A stretch of DNA of 63,331 nt, the filler included. It is 4 parts of 4 records of this genome, joined end to end, with 100 filler letters (N's around TTAATTAATTAA, not from the genome) between each part and the next. Parts side by side here need not be neighbours in the genome. Positions count along the whole stretch, not along the records: positions 1 to 17,693 come from SRR20825019_2412; positions 17,794 to 32,928 come from SRR20825019_2414; 2 more parts are not named here. The stretch is one strand, 5' to 3'. Below are positions 10,026 to 20,328 of the stretch, in pieces; position 1 is the stretch's first letter, and each line of letters opens with the position of its first letter. The notes under the pieces are model-generated. The model had not been told where the DNA came from, made no database searches, and was given only the letters and a program-made list of their open reading frames with translations. The position numbers and the translations under genes were made by a program.

Positions 10026-11447
10026 TTACTCGGGCCGGGGCTGAAGCGGCGGCTTCACATCCTCGGGGATCGGGCAAACGTAAGGTGTCTTGGCCGTCCG
10101 GGCCGCATGATCCGCCTTCGCAGCGGCCAGCAAATCAGCGTCGCGCACCAGATCGACAGCGGTTCCGGCCATCGCCTTGGCGGCATAGATCATGCCCTTG
10201 TGCGCAGCGGGAGCCTTGCCCTGTGCCGTGACCTGCCAGGAATGACCCGGCGTGCCGATAGCATGGGTCGCGACCCGCGCCTCAATGGTCGGCACCGCCC
10301 AGCTGACGTCGGACACGTCCGTCGACCCCGGCATCGAAACACCATGCGCATCGTACGGCACGATGAAGTCACAAAGCGGTGTATCTTCCCGCGCCTCTAC
10401 CCCGGCCTTGCGATACTCGCTGCCGATATCTTCCGGCGTCAGGGTCGCCTGAATATCGGCGGCGTATTTCCGATCCTCCTCATCGAAGGGAACCGGGCCG
10501 AGGCGCTGCATGTTCTCGAACATGGTCCGGCGCATCGGCTCATTGTCGAGCATGTTCGACACGGCGCTGACGATCTGGGCCGTCACCTTCGTTTCGGTCA
10601 TGAGCGCGGCGCCCTCGGCAATCTTCTTCACCCGCTCGACAAGCGGCAGCATGGTGGCAAGATCCCCGGCCCGCACAGCATGGCGCACCTTGGCAAAGCC
10701 CTGCACCACGTTCGGCGCCACACCACCGGCATCCAGCATGGCGTAATGAATGCGGGCATCCGGCGGCATGTGCTCGCGCATATAGTTGACGCCGACATTC
10801 ATCAGCTCCACGGCATCCAGCGCACTGCGGCCGAGATGCGGGGCCGAGCTGGCATGGCTGCTGCGCCCGGTGAAGGAGAAATCGATCCGGGTGTTGGCGA
10901 GCGAATTCGCCTTTTGCACCTTGGTGACGCCGGCAGGGTGCCAGGTAACGGCTGCGTCCACATCGTCAAAGGCGCCTGCCCGGACCATGAAGGCCTTCGC
11001 AGCGCCGCCCTCTTCGGCGGGGCAGCCGTAATACCGCACCCGGCCCGGCGTGCCGGTCTTTTCCAGCCAGTCCTTCAGACCGGCAGCGGCCAGCATGGCG
11101 GCGGATCCGAGCAGGTTATGCCCGCATCCGTGGCCATGCCCGCCCGGCTCCAGCTCTTTCGGCTCGGCGATGTTGGCAACCTGGCTCAATCCCGGCAGCG
11201 CATCATACTCGCCCATGATCGCGATCACCGGACCGCCCTCGCCCGCTTCGCCCATCACGGCGGTCGGAATGCCGCCGACATTCTCGGTCACCCGGAAGCC
11301 CTGCTGTTCCAGCATCTTCCGGTGTTCCTCGACGGAGCGGTATTCGGTGTAGCAGATCTCGGGCATGCCCCAGATCCGGTCCGCGAGACCGATGAATTCC
11401 TCACGGTGCTCATCGACAAGATCCCAGATCAACTCGGCATTCGACAT
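10026..11447 (-). CDS. M20 amidohydrolase (AbgB, aminobenzoyl-glutamate hydrolase B-like)
   Basis: GEYDALPGLSQ, GHGCGHNLLG, GCPAEEGG, GSTDVSDVSW, GHSWQ; start re-placed at ATG 11447 after AGGAG RBS. Confidence 0.88.
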   Translation of the reverse strand: MSNAELIWDLVDEHREEFIGLADRIWGMPEICYTEYRSVEEHRKMLEQQGFRVTENVGGIPTAVMGEAGEGGPVIAIMGEYDALPGLSQVANIAEPKELEPGGHGHGCGHNLLGSAAMLAAAGLKDWLEKTGTPGRVRYYGCPAEEGGAAKAFMVRAGAFDDVDAAVTWHPAGVTKVQKANSLANTRIDFSFTGRSSHASSAPHLGRSALDAVELMNVGVNYMREHMPPDARIHYAMLDAGGVAPNVVQGFAKVRHAVRAGDLATMLPLVERVKKIAEGAALMTETKVTAQIVSAVSNMLDNEPMRRTMFENMQRLGPVPFDEEDRKYAADIQATLTPEDIGSEYRKAGVEAREDTPLCDFIVPYDAHGVSMPGSTDVSDVSWAVPTIEARVATHAIGTPGHSWQVTAQGKAPAAHKGMIYAAKAMAGTAVDLVRDADLLAAAKADHAARTAKTPYVCPIPEDVKPPLQPRPE

Positions 11448-11613
11448 GGCGTTCTCTCCTGGACGCATTTTCTCGACCGGATGCAGGCCCGGGAAGGCGG
11501 GAAGTTCAAGTGGGGCAATGCAAAAGGTCACTTGGAAGGACGCAAACGATGCGCCGGGGCCGCGTCCGGGTCAAGTCCGTCGCACCACCACAGAAAGCGT
11601 TTTCAAATATTAT

Positions 11614-11628
11614 GTTCCCTTTTTGTTC
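11614..11628. promoter_or_regulatory. Candidate alphaproteobacterial LexA (SOS) box GTTC-N7-GTTC
   Basis: GTTC CCTTTTT GTTC in an AT-rich intergenic patch, 43 bp before the ATG at 11672. Confidence 0.6.
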
Positions 11629-11671
11629 TTTTCATGATAAGAACCGTCTCCGCTGGCTGGGGGGACATAAA

Positions 11672-12514
11672 ATGCCGTCACACGCTCAAAAATTCGAAAC
11701 ATTCAGATCCCTGCATTTCACGGACCGGGCTTTCGTCATGCCTAATCCGTGGGATGCCGGCTCGGCGCGTATCCTCGGCCATCTCGGGTTCGCCGCGCTG
11801 GCGACGACCAGTGCGGGATACGCGTTTTCGGTCGGCAAGCGGGATTCCTTCGCCGGATTAAGCCGGGAAGAAATCCTCGCCAACGCGGCGACCATTATCG
11901 CGGCAACGGACCTGCCGGTTTCCGCCGATCTCGAGGATGGCTTCGGTGCCGCGCCGGAAGCATGTGCGGAAACAATCAGGCTGGCGTCGGATATCGGGCT
12001 GGTCGGCGGCTCGATCGAGGACGCGACGGGCAATCCGGACGCACCGATCTACGATTTGCACCAGGCCACGGAACGGGTCAGGGCAGCGGCTGAAGCCGCA
12101 AAAGGCCGCTCGTTCCTGCTCACGGCGCGGGCAGAGAATTACCTCTGGGGCAAACCAAACCTGGTAGATACCATTGATCGGCTGCAAGCCTTTTCGGAAG
12201 CCGGAGCTGATATCCTCTATGCGCCGGGCCTGCCCGATCTGGACGCTATTGCAACGGTCTGCCGCGCAGTCGACAAACCGGTGAATGTAGTGATGGGCCT
12301 GAAAGGCCGGGCTTTCTCAGTCGAAGAGCTTTCGAACGCCGGTGTGCGCCGGATCAGCGTCGGCGGCTCCTTCGCCCGCGCCGCCCTCGGCGCCCTGAAG
12401 CGGGCGGCAGAGGAAGTTCTCAACGACGGAACCTTCACCTACGCGGAAGACGCCATGCCGGATGCGGAGGCCGCCAGCCTGATGTCACCGGAAAAGCGCG
12501 CGTCCGGGCAATAA
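11672..12514 (+). CDS. Isocitrate lyase/PEP mutase family protein
   Basis: PNPWDAGSA, ATTSAG, PVSADLEDGFG, GGSIED, LTARAEN; start re-placed at ATG 11672 after GGGGGA. Confidence 0.85.
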   Translation: MPSHAQKFETFRSLHFTDRAFVMPNPWDAGSARILGHLGFAALATTSAGYAFSVGKRDSFAGLSREEILANAATIIAATDLPVSADLEDGFGAAPEACAETIRLASDIGLVGGSIEDATGNPDAPIYDLHQATERVRAAAEAAKGRSFLLTARAENYLWGKPNLVDTIDRLQAFSEAGADILYAPGLPDLDAIATVCRAVDKPVNVVMGLKGRAFSVEELSNAGVRRISVGGSFARAALGALKRAAEEVLNDGTFTYAEDAMPDAEAASLMSPEKRASGQ

Positions 12515-12526
12515 AAGCGAACGGCG

Positions 12527-13342
12527 TCAGAAGTCCGGGAACGCCTCGGAGAGCAAACCGCCGAGCCGTATCGGGGCGACGCGGGTGGCAAGGCCGGTGG
12601 CGTCGTCACTTTCCACCAGCAGGCCGGAGACGGTTGCCGGACCCTCTGCGACTTCCAGCCGGGGCCGTCCCCACTTGGACAGGAAGCGCTCGACCGGCGC
12701 TTCTTTCTGCATGCCGATGACACCCTCATAGGAACCGCACATGCCCGCATCCGTCATATAGGCGGTCCCGCCCGCGAGGATCATGTGATCCGCGGTCGGA
12801 ATATGGGTATGCGTGCCGACGATGGCGCTGATCCGGCCATCGAGGAAATGGCCGAGCGCCAGCTTTTCGGACGTCGCCTCGCCATGCATGTCGATGAAGA
12901 TGAAGTCGGCGCCGTAGCCGAGCGGGCATTCCTCGACAATGCGCTCGGCGGCGGTAAACGGATCGTCACTGGTATCCATGAACAGCCGCAGGATGACATT
13001 GGCGACCAGCACGAAGCGTCCGTCCGCCGTCGGAAACAGGCCGCTGCCCTTGCCCGGCGTGTCGGCGGGATAGTTGGCCGGACGCAGCAGACGGGACTCG
13101 GAATCGAAATAAGTCAGGATCTCGCGCTTGTCGAAAGCATGGTTGCCGGTGGTGATGACATCCGCGCCCGCATCGAACAGCGCCTCGGCGATATCTGGCG
13201 TAATGCCGAAACCGCCGGCGGAATTCTCGCCGTTCACGATGGCGAAATCGACGGAAAGCTGCTCGCGCAATTCCGGCAGATGATCCTGTACCGCCTCGCG
13301 CCCGGACCGGCCGACCACGTCGCCAAGAAACAGCACCCTCAT
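12527..13342 (-). CDS. ymdB: YmdB-family metallophosphoesterase
   Basis: LGDVVGRSGR, NGENSAGG, TTGNH, DMHGEATSEK, GTHTHIPTAD, TDAGMCG. Confidence 0.9.
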   Translation of the reverse strand: MRVLFLGDVVGRSGREAVQDHLPELREQLSVDFAIVNGENSAGGFGITPDIAEALFDAGADVITTGNHAFDKREILTYFDSESRLLRPANYPADTPGKGSGLFPTADGRFVLVANVILRLFMDTSDDPFTAAERIVEECPLGYGADFIFIDMHGEATSEKLALGHFLDGRISAIVGTHTHIPTADHMILAGGTAYMTDAGMCGSYEGVIGMQKEAPVERFLSKWGRPRLEVAEGPATVSGLLVESDDATGLATRVAPIRLGGLLSEAFPDF

Positions 13343-13950
13343 GCGGATGTCCCTCCAAACTCGACAAGGCCCGTTTCGGTCAGCATGGCATCAAGGCGCT
13401 GATCCGTCCCCTCGCACGGCACGGCCGGGACCCGTTGCGCCTCGTAGGCGGCGCCAACAGCCCGGACCGGCTTCAACCCGCGCAGCCGTTCCAGCGTGCG
13501 GTCGTAGAACCCGCCGCCATAGCCAAGGCGGTGCCCCGTATCGTCGAACGCAAGCATGGGAACGAGCAACAGATCCGGCTCAAGCTCGGGCGCACCAACA
13601 TCCGGCACCAGACCGCCAAGCCCCGCCTTCACCAGGGTCGCGCCCGGTCCCCAGAGACGGAATTTCAGAGGGGCATCCTTTTTGACCACGACCGGCAGCA
13701 CGACACGGTATCCCCGCGCATGCAGGGCCAGCATCAGCGGACGCGGATCGATCTCTGTGCGGAAAGGCCAGTAGGCGGCGATGACCGTGGCACCGGCCGG
13801 GATGGCGACGCCGAGGAAATGATCGCGGATCGCGTGACCGGCAGTGTCGCTCAATGCATCATGCGCGATACCGCGCCTTGCCTCGATTTCACTACGCAGG
13901 GCCGCTTTATCGGCGGCGAGCATGTTATTGAGGGGCTCGGATACAGGCAC
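13339..13950 (-). CDS. ygfA: 5-formyltetrahydrofolate cyclo-ligase
   Basis: VPMLAFDDTGHRLGYGGGFYDRTL signature; downstream of 6S RNA. Confidence 0.92.
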   Translation of the reverse strand: MPVSEPLNNMLAADKAALRSEIEARRGIAHDALSDTAGHAIRDHFLGVAIPAGATVIAAYWPFRTEIDPRPLMLALHARGYRVVLPVVVKKDAPLKFRLWGPGATLVKAGLGGLVPDVGAPELEPDLLLVPMLAFDDTGHRLGYGGGFYDRTLERLRGLKPVRAVGAAYEAQRVPAVPCEGTDQRLDAMLTETGLVEFGGTSA

Positions 13951-13990
13951 GTGCGGCTTTCATTTTGGGCAGCTTCCCTTTGGAAGCAAT

Positions 13991-14154
13991 GCGGACGGCG
14001 CCACCTCGACCGTTGGTCGTTGTAACCCTCTGTGGCCTGCAAAGCAGGTGGGCGCCGCATAACGGGGCCAGGGCCCCGCCAGAGACAGCTCCCGAAGGAT
14101 CGATTATAGCCCCAGGGATTGTGTGACCTGACAAATCGCGCAGTCACCGTCCAC
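13991..14154 (-). ncRNA. ssrS: 6S RNA
   Basis: Canonical position between zapA and ygfA; complementary ends (GTGGACGG...CCGTCCGC on minus strand); internal TCCCTGGGGC...ATCGATCC...GGGAGCTGTC...GGCGCCCACCT typical of alphaproteobacterial 6S; ends approximate. Confidence 0.85.
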
Positions 14155-14162
14155 GGACATAT

Positions 14163-14495
14163 CTAGGCGCGTTCCAGCTGGTCTGCAATGCTCTCGATCC
14201 GGCCCGCCATCGCATTGAGGGCCGAGACGATCTTTTCCTCGCCGTCACCGGGGGCCGACGCGCCGCCCTCCGAGGAGACTTCACGCTCGATCTCGCGCAG
14301 ATCCACAAGCTCGTCCGCGATCAGCAGTGAGGCCATGACCAGCAGCCTTGTATCGCCGATCTGACCGATCTGATCGACCAGATCCTTCACATGGGAATCG
14401 ACCATGGCGGCGAGGCTGGCGATGCGGCTCTCTTGGCCGTCTTCGCAGGCGATCCGGTAATTCTTGCTGTTGATGGTGATTTCGACCTGGGCCAA
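14163..14495 (-). CDS. zapA: Cell division protein ZapA
   Basis: MAQVEITINSKNYRIACEDGQE...GDTRLLVMASLLIADEL; TTG start with GGAAGGA RBS. Confidence 0.92.
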   Translation of the reverse strand: MAQVEITINSKNYRIACEDGQESRIASLAAMVDSHVKDLVDQIGQIGDTRLLVMASLLIADELVDLREIEREVSSEGGASAPGDGEEKIVSALNAMAGRIESIADQLERA

Positions 14496-14499
14496 TGAA

Positions 14500-14721
14500 C
14501 TATCCTTCCAGCACGAATTTCAGGCGGCCGATGGTCTTGTCCAGCTTCTCGCTGACCTCATCGGTGACCTTGGACAGTTCGGCATATTCCTTTTTCGCCG
14601 CATCGAGCTCCGTTTGCAGCTCAACAGATCGGGAACTGAGTTCGACCGCATGGTGAGCGGCCGTATCCAGCCGCTCAATGGCGGCTTCCAGACGGGCGGC
14701 GGCTTCGTCGAGTCGGGACAT
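14500..14721 (-). CDS. Small coiled-coil protein upstream of zapA (DUF4164/ZauP-like), 73 aa
   Basis: C-terminal part of the spurious 846-aa ORF: MSRLDEAAARLEAAIERLD...KLDKTIGRLKFVLEG; GGAAGGA RBS; conserved position before zapA. Confidence 0.75.
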   Translation of the reverse strand: MSRLDEAAARLEAAIERLDTAAHHAVELSSRSVELQTELDAAKKEYAELSKVTDEVSEKLDKTIGRLKFVLEG

Positions 14722-15015
14722 CCGGTCCGATCCTTCCAACACTTTGATTTCGGGCGTCCCCCGCCCGGCGGCTGAAGCATACAAAGCCGGATAACACGGC
14801 GTCAACGCGCGCCGGACTTGCCCCATAATTGCCCCACTCACCGAAACGGGAAAACCCGCATGAACTACGGTGTTGACGCGCGCGAGGCGGGACGGCATTT
14901 TCACCGCGCCTTTAAGGGGCTGAGACGGTGTTCCTGCGCCCGCCCCGATCATCAGTTGCGGCCTCCCGTCCGGCCCTGTTCCGGAGAAGGGCGCCGCCGA
15001 ACCCGATTGACGCTC

Positions 15016-17034
15016 ATGAACACGACATCTTCTGCTGCAAGCGACGGTACCGGAAACGCCGTTTCGCACGATATGCTCGCGAATGCCATCCGCGCCCTGT
15101 CGATGGATGCGGTGGAAAAGGCCAAGTCCGGCCATCCTGGCATGCCGATGGGCATGGCCGACGTCGCGACCGTGCTGTTTTCCGAATTCCTGAACTTTGA
15201 CCCGAAGGCGCCGAACTGGCCGGACCGTGACCGGTTCATCCTGTCGGCCGGCCACGGCTCGATGCTGATCTATTCGCTGCTGCATCTGACCGGTTACGAA
15301 GATGTCACGCTCGACGAGATCAAGAATTTCCGCCAGCTCGACTCGAAAACGCCGGGCCATCCGGAATACGGCCACACCACCGGCGTGGAAACCACGACCG
15401 GCCCGCTCGGCCAGGGTCTGGCCAACGCAGTCGGCATGGCGCTCGCCGAGCGCATGAACAATGCCCGCTTCGGCGACGATCTGGTCGATCACTACACCTA
15501 CGTGATCGCCGGCGACGGCTGCCTGATGGAAGGTATCAGTCACGAAGCCGCCTCCATGGCCGGCCATCTGAAGCTCGGCAAGCTGGTTGTGTTGTTCGAC
15601 GATAACGGCATCTCCATCGACGGCTCCACCGACCTGTCGGTCTCCGACGATCAGCTGATGCGCTTCGAGGCCTATGGCTGGCATGTCAGCCAGGTCGACG
15701 GTCACGATGCCGAGGCTGTCTCCGCCGCCATCGAGGCTGCCCGCTCCGACGACCGCCCGTCCCTCGTCGCCTGCCGGACGAAGATCGGTTTCGGCGCGCC
15801 GACCAAGGAAGGCAAGTCCTCTTCCCATGGCGCCCCGCTCGGCACCGACGAGATTGCCGGCGCCCGGGAAAATCTCGACTGGAGCGCCGCTCCCTTCGAA
15901 ATTCCGGCGGACGTGCTGAAGGCATGGCGCGCCATCGGCACCGCCCGCGCCGAAGCACACATCGCCTGGACCCAGCGCTACGACACGGCCGACGCCGGAA
16001 ACCGGAAGGCTTTCGACGCCGCTCTGTCCGGCAAGCTGCCTGCCGGTGCCGAAGAGGCCATCAAGGCGCTGATCGCCAAGCATGGCGAAGAGAAGCCGAA
16101 GCTCGCCACCCGCGTTGCCTCCCAGAAGACACTGGAAGTGCTGCAACCGGCGATCCCGGCTCTGGTCGGCGGTTCGGCCGATCTGACCGGCTCCAACAAC
16201 ACCAAGGTTGGCGGGCAGGACGCTGTTCAGGCTGGCGATTACAGCGGCCACTACATCTATTACGGCGTGCGCGAGCATGCCATGGCCGCCGCGATGAACG
16301 GCATGGCCCTGCATGGCGGTCTGATCCCTTACGGCGGCACCTTCCTGGTCTTTACCGACTATTGCCGCCCGTCGATCCGTCTCTCCGCCCTGATGGGCCT
16401 GCGCGTCATCTATGTGATGACCCACGATTCCATCGGTCTCGGCGAAGACGGCCCGACGCATCAGCCGGTCGAACATGTGTCTGCGCTCCGGGCCATCCCG
16501 AACCTGAACGTGTTCCGCCCGGCGGACGCGATCGAGACAGCCGAATGCTGGCTCGCCGCACTGCAGGACGAGCACCGCCCGTCCATCCTCGCGCTGACCC
16601 GTCAGGGTCTGCCGACGGTGCGCAGCGGCGACACCTCGGAGAACCTGTCGGCCAAGGGCGGCTATGTCCTTTCCGAGGCGTCCGGTGATCGCAAGGTGAC
16701 GATCCTCGCCACCGGCTCCGAGATCGAAATCGCTTTGGAAGCGCAGAAGGTCCTGGAAGCCGACGGCGTCGCCACGGCCGTGGTTTCCATGCCGTCCATC
16801 GAGCGTTTCAAGGCTCAGGATGCCGGCTACCGCAAGCAAGTGCTCGGCTCCGGCACACTCATGGTCGCGGTCGAGGCGGGTATCCAGCAAAGCTGGGACG
16901 CCCTGATCGGGCTCGACGGTATCTTTGTCGGCATGAACTCTTTCGGCGCATCCGCGCCAGCTGGCGACCTCTACAAACATTTCGGCATCACCAGCGATGC
17001 CGTCGTGTCCGAGGTCAAAAAACGTCTGGGATAA
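15016..17034 (+). CDS. tkt: Transketolase
   Basis: [46 protein letters not shown]; start re-placed at 15016. Confidence 0.96.
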   Translation: MNTTSSAASDGTGNAVSHDMLANAIRALSMDAVEKAKSGHPGMPMGMADVATVLFSEFLNFDPKAPNWPDRDRFILSAGHGSMLIYSLLHLTGYEDVTLDEIKNFRQLDSKTPGHPEYGHTTGVETTTGPLGQGLANAVGMALAERMNNARFGDDLVDHYTYVIAGDGCLMEGISHEAASMAGHLKLGKLVVLFDDNGISIDGSTDLSVSDDQLMRFEAYGWHVSQVDGHDAEAVSAAIEAARSDDRPSLVACRTKIGFGAPTKEGKSSSHGAPLGTDEIAGARENLDWSAAPFEIPADVLKAWRAIGTARAEAHIAWTQRYDTADAGNRKAFDAALSGKLPAGAEEAIKALIAKHGEEKPKLATRVASQKTLEVLQPAIPALVGGSADLTGSNNTKVGGQDAVQAGDYSGHYIYYGVREHAMAAAMNGMALHGGLIPYGGTFLVFTDYCRPSIRLSALMGLRVIYVMTHDSIGLGEDGPTHQPVEHVSALRAIPNLNVFRPADAIETAECWLAALQDEHRPSILALTRQGLPTVRSGDTSENLSAKGGYVLSEASGDRKVTILATGSEIEIALEAQKVLEADGVATAVVSMPSIERFKAQDAGYRKQVLGSGTLMVAVEAGIQQSWDALIGLDGIFVGMNSFGASAPAGDLYKHFGITSDAVVSEVKKRLG

Positions 17035-17099
17035 TCCCATCTGCGCCGCCCATCGGGGCGACGTTCTTGTAAGAGACTGTAAAATCTGGAGGAAAACTG

Positions 17100-17693
17100 A
17101 TGAGCGTCAATGTTGCCATCAACGGGTTCGGGCGGATCGGCCGTCTGGTTCTGAGGGCACTCGCGGAAAGCGGACGGGACGACATCAAGGTCGTCGCCAT
17201 CAACGATCTGGGTCCTGTTAAGACCAACGCGCATCTTCTGAAGTGGGACAGCAACCACGGCCGCTTCCCGTTCGACGTGACCGTCGTCGACGACACCATT
17301 GATTATGGCAAGGGCCCGATCAAGGTGACCGCCGAGCGCGATCCGGCGAACCTGCCGCACAAGGAACTCGGTGTCGATATCGTGCTGGAATGCACCGGCC
17401 TCTTCACCAAGCGCGAAGACGCAGCCAAGCACATCGCGGCCGGCGCCAAGCGCGTGATCATCTCCGCTCCGGGCACCGGTGTCGATCTCACCGTCGTCTA
17501 CGGCGTGAACCACGACCAGATCACGGCCGAGCACACGGTGATCTCGAATGCGTCCTGCACCACCAACTGCCTTGCCCCGGTCGCCTATGTGCTGAACGAA
17601 GCCATCGGCATCGAGCGCGGCTACATGACCACGATCCATGCCTATACCGGTGACCAGCCGACGCTGGACACCATGCACAAGGATCTCTATCGC
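17100..17693 (+). CDS. gap: Type I glyceraldehyde-3-phosphate dehydrogenase, 3'-truncated by contig end
   Basis: INGFGRIGR, SNASCTTNCLAP; GGAGG RBS. Confidence 0.96.
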
Positions 17694-17793
17694 NNNNNNN
17701 NNNNNNNNNNNNNNNNNNNNNNNNNNNNNNNNNNNNNTTAATTAATTAANNNNNNNNNNNNNNNNNNNNNNNNNNNNNNNNNNNNNNNNNNNN
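17694..17793. other. Artificial contig linker
   Basis: 44 N + TTAATTAATTAA (stops in all six frames) + 44 N; genes truncated on both sides. Confidence 0.97.
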
Positions 17794-18144
17794 AATTACG
17801 GGCGCATCGTCAATATCGCCTCGGTGGCCGGCAAGGAGGGTAACCCCAACGCGCCCGCCTACAGCGCGGCCAAGGCAGGCGTGATCGGCCTGACCAAATC
17901 CCTCGGCAAGGAGCTGGCGGAAACCGGCGTCACGGTGAACTGCGTCACCCCGGCGGCCGTGAAGACCGATATTTTCGATCAGATGACCGAGGAGCATATC
18001 AATTTCATGCTCTCGAAAATTCCGATGAAGCGGTTCGGACAGGTCGAGGAAATCGCCAATCTCGTGGCCTGGTTGAGCTCCGAGGATTGCACCTTCAGCA
18101 CCGGTGGCGTATTCGATTGTTCGGGAGGGCGCGCGACCTATTGA
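17794..18144 (+). CDS. Short-chain dehydrogenase/reductase, 5'-truncated
   Basis: YGRIVNIASVAGKEGNPNAPAYSAAKAG (YxxxK), FDCSGGRATY end. Confidence 0.88.
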   Translation, partial: NYGRIVNIASVAGKEGNPNAPAYSAAKAGVIGLTKSLGKELAETGVTVNCVTPAAVKTDIFDQMTEEHINFMLSKIPMKRFGQVEEIANLVAWLSSEDCTFSTGGVFDCSGGRATY

Positions 18145-18183
18145 GGTCCGTTCCCAAGAGGCGCAGAGGCAGGGTGGCAGGCC

Positions 18184-18600
18184 ATGAGTCGGGCCCGGCA
18201 GACTGAAATCATGATCCGGAACGAGGCGTTCTACACCGCCTTCACCACCCGGGACCTTGCGGCGATGGAAGGCCTCTGGGCATCCGAGATGCATGTCAGC
18301 TGCATCCATCCGGGCGCCGCGCCGCTGTTCGGGCGGGAGGCGGTGATGGAAAGCTGGGCCCGGATCCTTTCCAGCCCGGTTCGTGCCTCCCTGCAGTGCC
18401 TCGAGCCCAGAATTCATCTGCTGCGTGACGATCTTGCCATTCTGGTCTGTTTCGAGCGTCTTGGCGCCGAGACCCTGACCGCAACCAATATATTTGCCTT
18501 TGAGAATGCTGACTGGATGCTGGTGCATCATCAGTCCGGCCCGCTGGCCGCCGAGGCCATCACGGCGGCCGATATTCCGGCCCCCCGATTGCTGCAATAG
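18184..18600 (+). CDS. SnoaL/NTF2-like protein
   Basis: NEAFYTAF..RDLAAMEGLW, CIHPG, ATNIF, WMLVHHQS. Confidence 0.8.
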   Translation: MSRARQTEIMIRNEAFYTAFTTRDLAAMEGLWASEMHVSCIHPGAAPLFGREAVMESWARILSSPVRASLQCLEPRIHLLRDDLAILVCFERLGAETLTATNIFAFENADWMLVHHQSGPLAAEAITAADIPAPRLLQ

Positions 18601-18692
18601 GGCGCGGACGGCCCAGCCGTCACGGGGTATTTATTTCCCTGGAGCCTGAATTCATGTCACCCCGACGGAAAGCACGGTCAGGGAGAGAAGAC

Positions 18693-19199
18693 ATGATCCG
18701 CTTACGCCTCGTTCTGCCCGGGTTTTGCATGGCCGTGCTGTGCATGCTCATGTTGAGCACGGCACTGGCTCCCGCACCGGTCCGGGCGGAGATAACGGCG
18801 CCTTACTCCGGCACGGTCACCGTCGCGACGGACAAGCCGTTTGGTTCTTTCGTCAAGGCATTGTCCGGCGCAATCAAGGCGAGGGGCTTTAACATCGTCG
18901 GGCTTGCCTGCGCCACCTGCGCGGCGCAGTCACAGGGCGTGACCATTCCGGGGAACCGGGTGTTCCTCTTCTTCAAACCGGCCTATGCCGTGCGCATGCT
19001 GGCTGCTTCGGAAGCCGCGGGGATAGAAGCGCCGATCCGGCTCTACGTGACAGAAGCGGGCGACGGCATGGCGGCCGTGACCTACCGGCTGCCTTCGCAT
19101 GTTTTCGGGGCTTATCAGGTGCCGGCACTCGATGTGCTCGGCGCGGAACTGGATGCGGATGTGGAGGCTGTTCTTTCCGCCGCGAAAGCGGGAAGCTGA
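18693..19199 (+). CDS. DUF302-like exported protein
   Basis: Signal-peptide-like N-terminus; AGIEAPIRLYVTE, YRLPSHVF; start at ATG 18693 after GGGAGAG. Confidence 0.7.
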   Translation: MIRLRLVLPGFCMAVLCMLMLSTALAPAPVRAEITAPYSGTVTVATDKPFGSFVKALSGAIKARGFNIVGLACATCAAQSQGVTIPGNRVFLFFKPAYAVRMLAASEAAGIEAPIRLYVTEAGDGMAAVTYRLPSHVFGAYQVPALDVLGAELDADVEAVLSAAKAGS

Positions 19200-19401
19200 A
19201 ACGAGCTCCAGCAGCGCCTGCTTTTTTGCCTTGCCGACAAAATGCTCTGAATCCGACGCCGGTTTTCAGTAGGCGACAAAAATTATAAATTTATTAAGGC
19301 GTTATCGATTCCTTAGCCGTCAGATGGCCGTTTTTTGCATGCCTCAATCGGCGGTTGCGGGCGTAGCCTTGAAGAATTGTTGCCGCCCGAAAGCCGAGCT
19401 C

Positions 19402-20319
19402 ATGCCCGCTGCTCTTCCCGTTGTCGCTGCCTCCGCCGGATATGGACGGGGGATTGCCTGCCAGCTCACTGCCGTCTTCCTGTTCGCGATAATGGGTATT
19501 CTGGTGAAGGGGCTTGGCGACTCCTACCCGACATCGCAGATCATCTTCTTCCGGAGCCTGCCGGCATTGCTGCCGCTGTTTCTGTACCTTCCGGCGCAGG
19601 GTGGCTGGCGCGCGCTGCTGACCAGGCGGCCGGACCTGCAATTCGTCCGGGCGAGCATCGGTGTCGCCTCCATGTTCGCGGGTTTTTACGCGCTCTCCCA
19701 GATGGATTTCGCGACCTACGTTACGATCAGCTTCTCGGCGCCGTTGTTTGGTACATTGCTGGCCATCCCGTTTCTGGGTGAGAAAGTTGGTTTCAAGCGT
19801 CTTGCCGCCGTACTGACCGGCTTTGCAGGTGTGGCGCTGGCCGCCGCTCCGGATGGCAGCGGGATCAGCCTTTATGCCCTGCTCGCGCTCGCCGCGGCTT
19901 TTGCCTATGGCTCCATCATGGTGGTCATGCGCAAGCTCGGCAGCGTCGACCGGAGCGCGGCGACGGTGTTCTATTTCACTCTCGCGGGCGTGGTCGTTGG
20001 CGGCACGATCATGTTGTTCGAATGGGTAACGCCGACCTTTGTCGATCTCGCCCTGCTGATCGGTGTCGGCATTATTGGTGGTGTCGCGCAGATGTTCATG
20101 ACGGAAGCCTTCCGTCAGGCGCCAACTTCGGTCATTGCTCCGTTCGACTATACGGCCATGCTCTGGGCTGCGACGCTCGGCTATCTGGTGTTCGGCAACA
20201 TTCCGTCGAACCAGGTGATCGCCGGCGCCAGCATCATCTGCTGCGCCGGCCTTTTCATCCTCTATCGCGAGACCAAGCTGGGCCTGAAGAAGCCGAAGCT
20301 GAAACGCTCCAGCCTCTAG
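19402..20319 (+). CDS. DMT/EamA family transporter
   Basis: About 10 TM segments; QIIFFRS, FSAPLF..LAIPFLGEKVG, APFDYTAMLWA; start uncertain. Confidence 0.85.
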   Translation: MPAALPVVAASAGYGRGIACQLTAVFLFAIMGILVKGLGDSYPTSQIIFFRSLPALLPLFLYLPAQGGWRALLTRRPDLQFVRASIGVASMFAGFYALSQMDFATYVTISFSAPLFGTLLAIPFLGEKVGFKRLAAVLTGFAGVALAAAPDGSGISLYALLALAAAFAYGSIMVVMRKLGSVDRSAATVFYFTLAGVVVGGTIMLFEWVTPTFVDLALLIGVGIIGGVAQMFMTEAFRQAPTSVIAPFDYTAMLWAATLGYLVFGNIPSNQVIAGASIICCAGLFILYRETKLGLKKPKLKRSSL

Positions 20320-20328
20320 GTATTCCGG

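Noticed and set aside
9918..11861. 647-aa plus-strand ORF
   Set aside because: Antisense shadow of the M20 amidohydrolase; no motifs, R/H/G-rich
14722..17040. 846-aa minus-strand ORF opposite tkt
   Set aside because: Antisense shadow of a high-GC gene; only its last 73 codons (14500-14721) are a real gene
12527..17693. ymdB-ygfA-6S-zapA / tkt-gap cluster as novel
   Set aside because: Well-known conserved alphaproteobacterial arrangement
17738..17749. TTAATTAATTAA as a biological repeat or binding site
   Set aside because: Sits centred in N runs three times; synthetic six-frame stop linker
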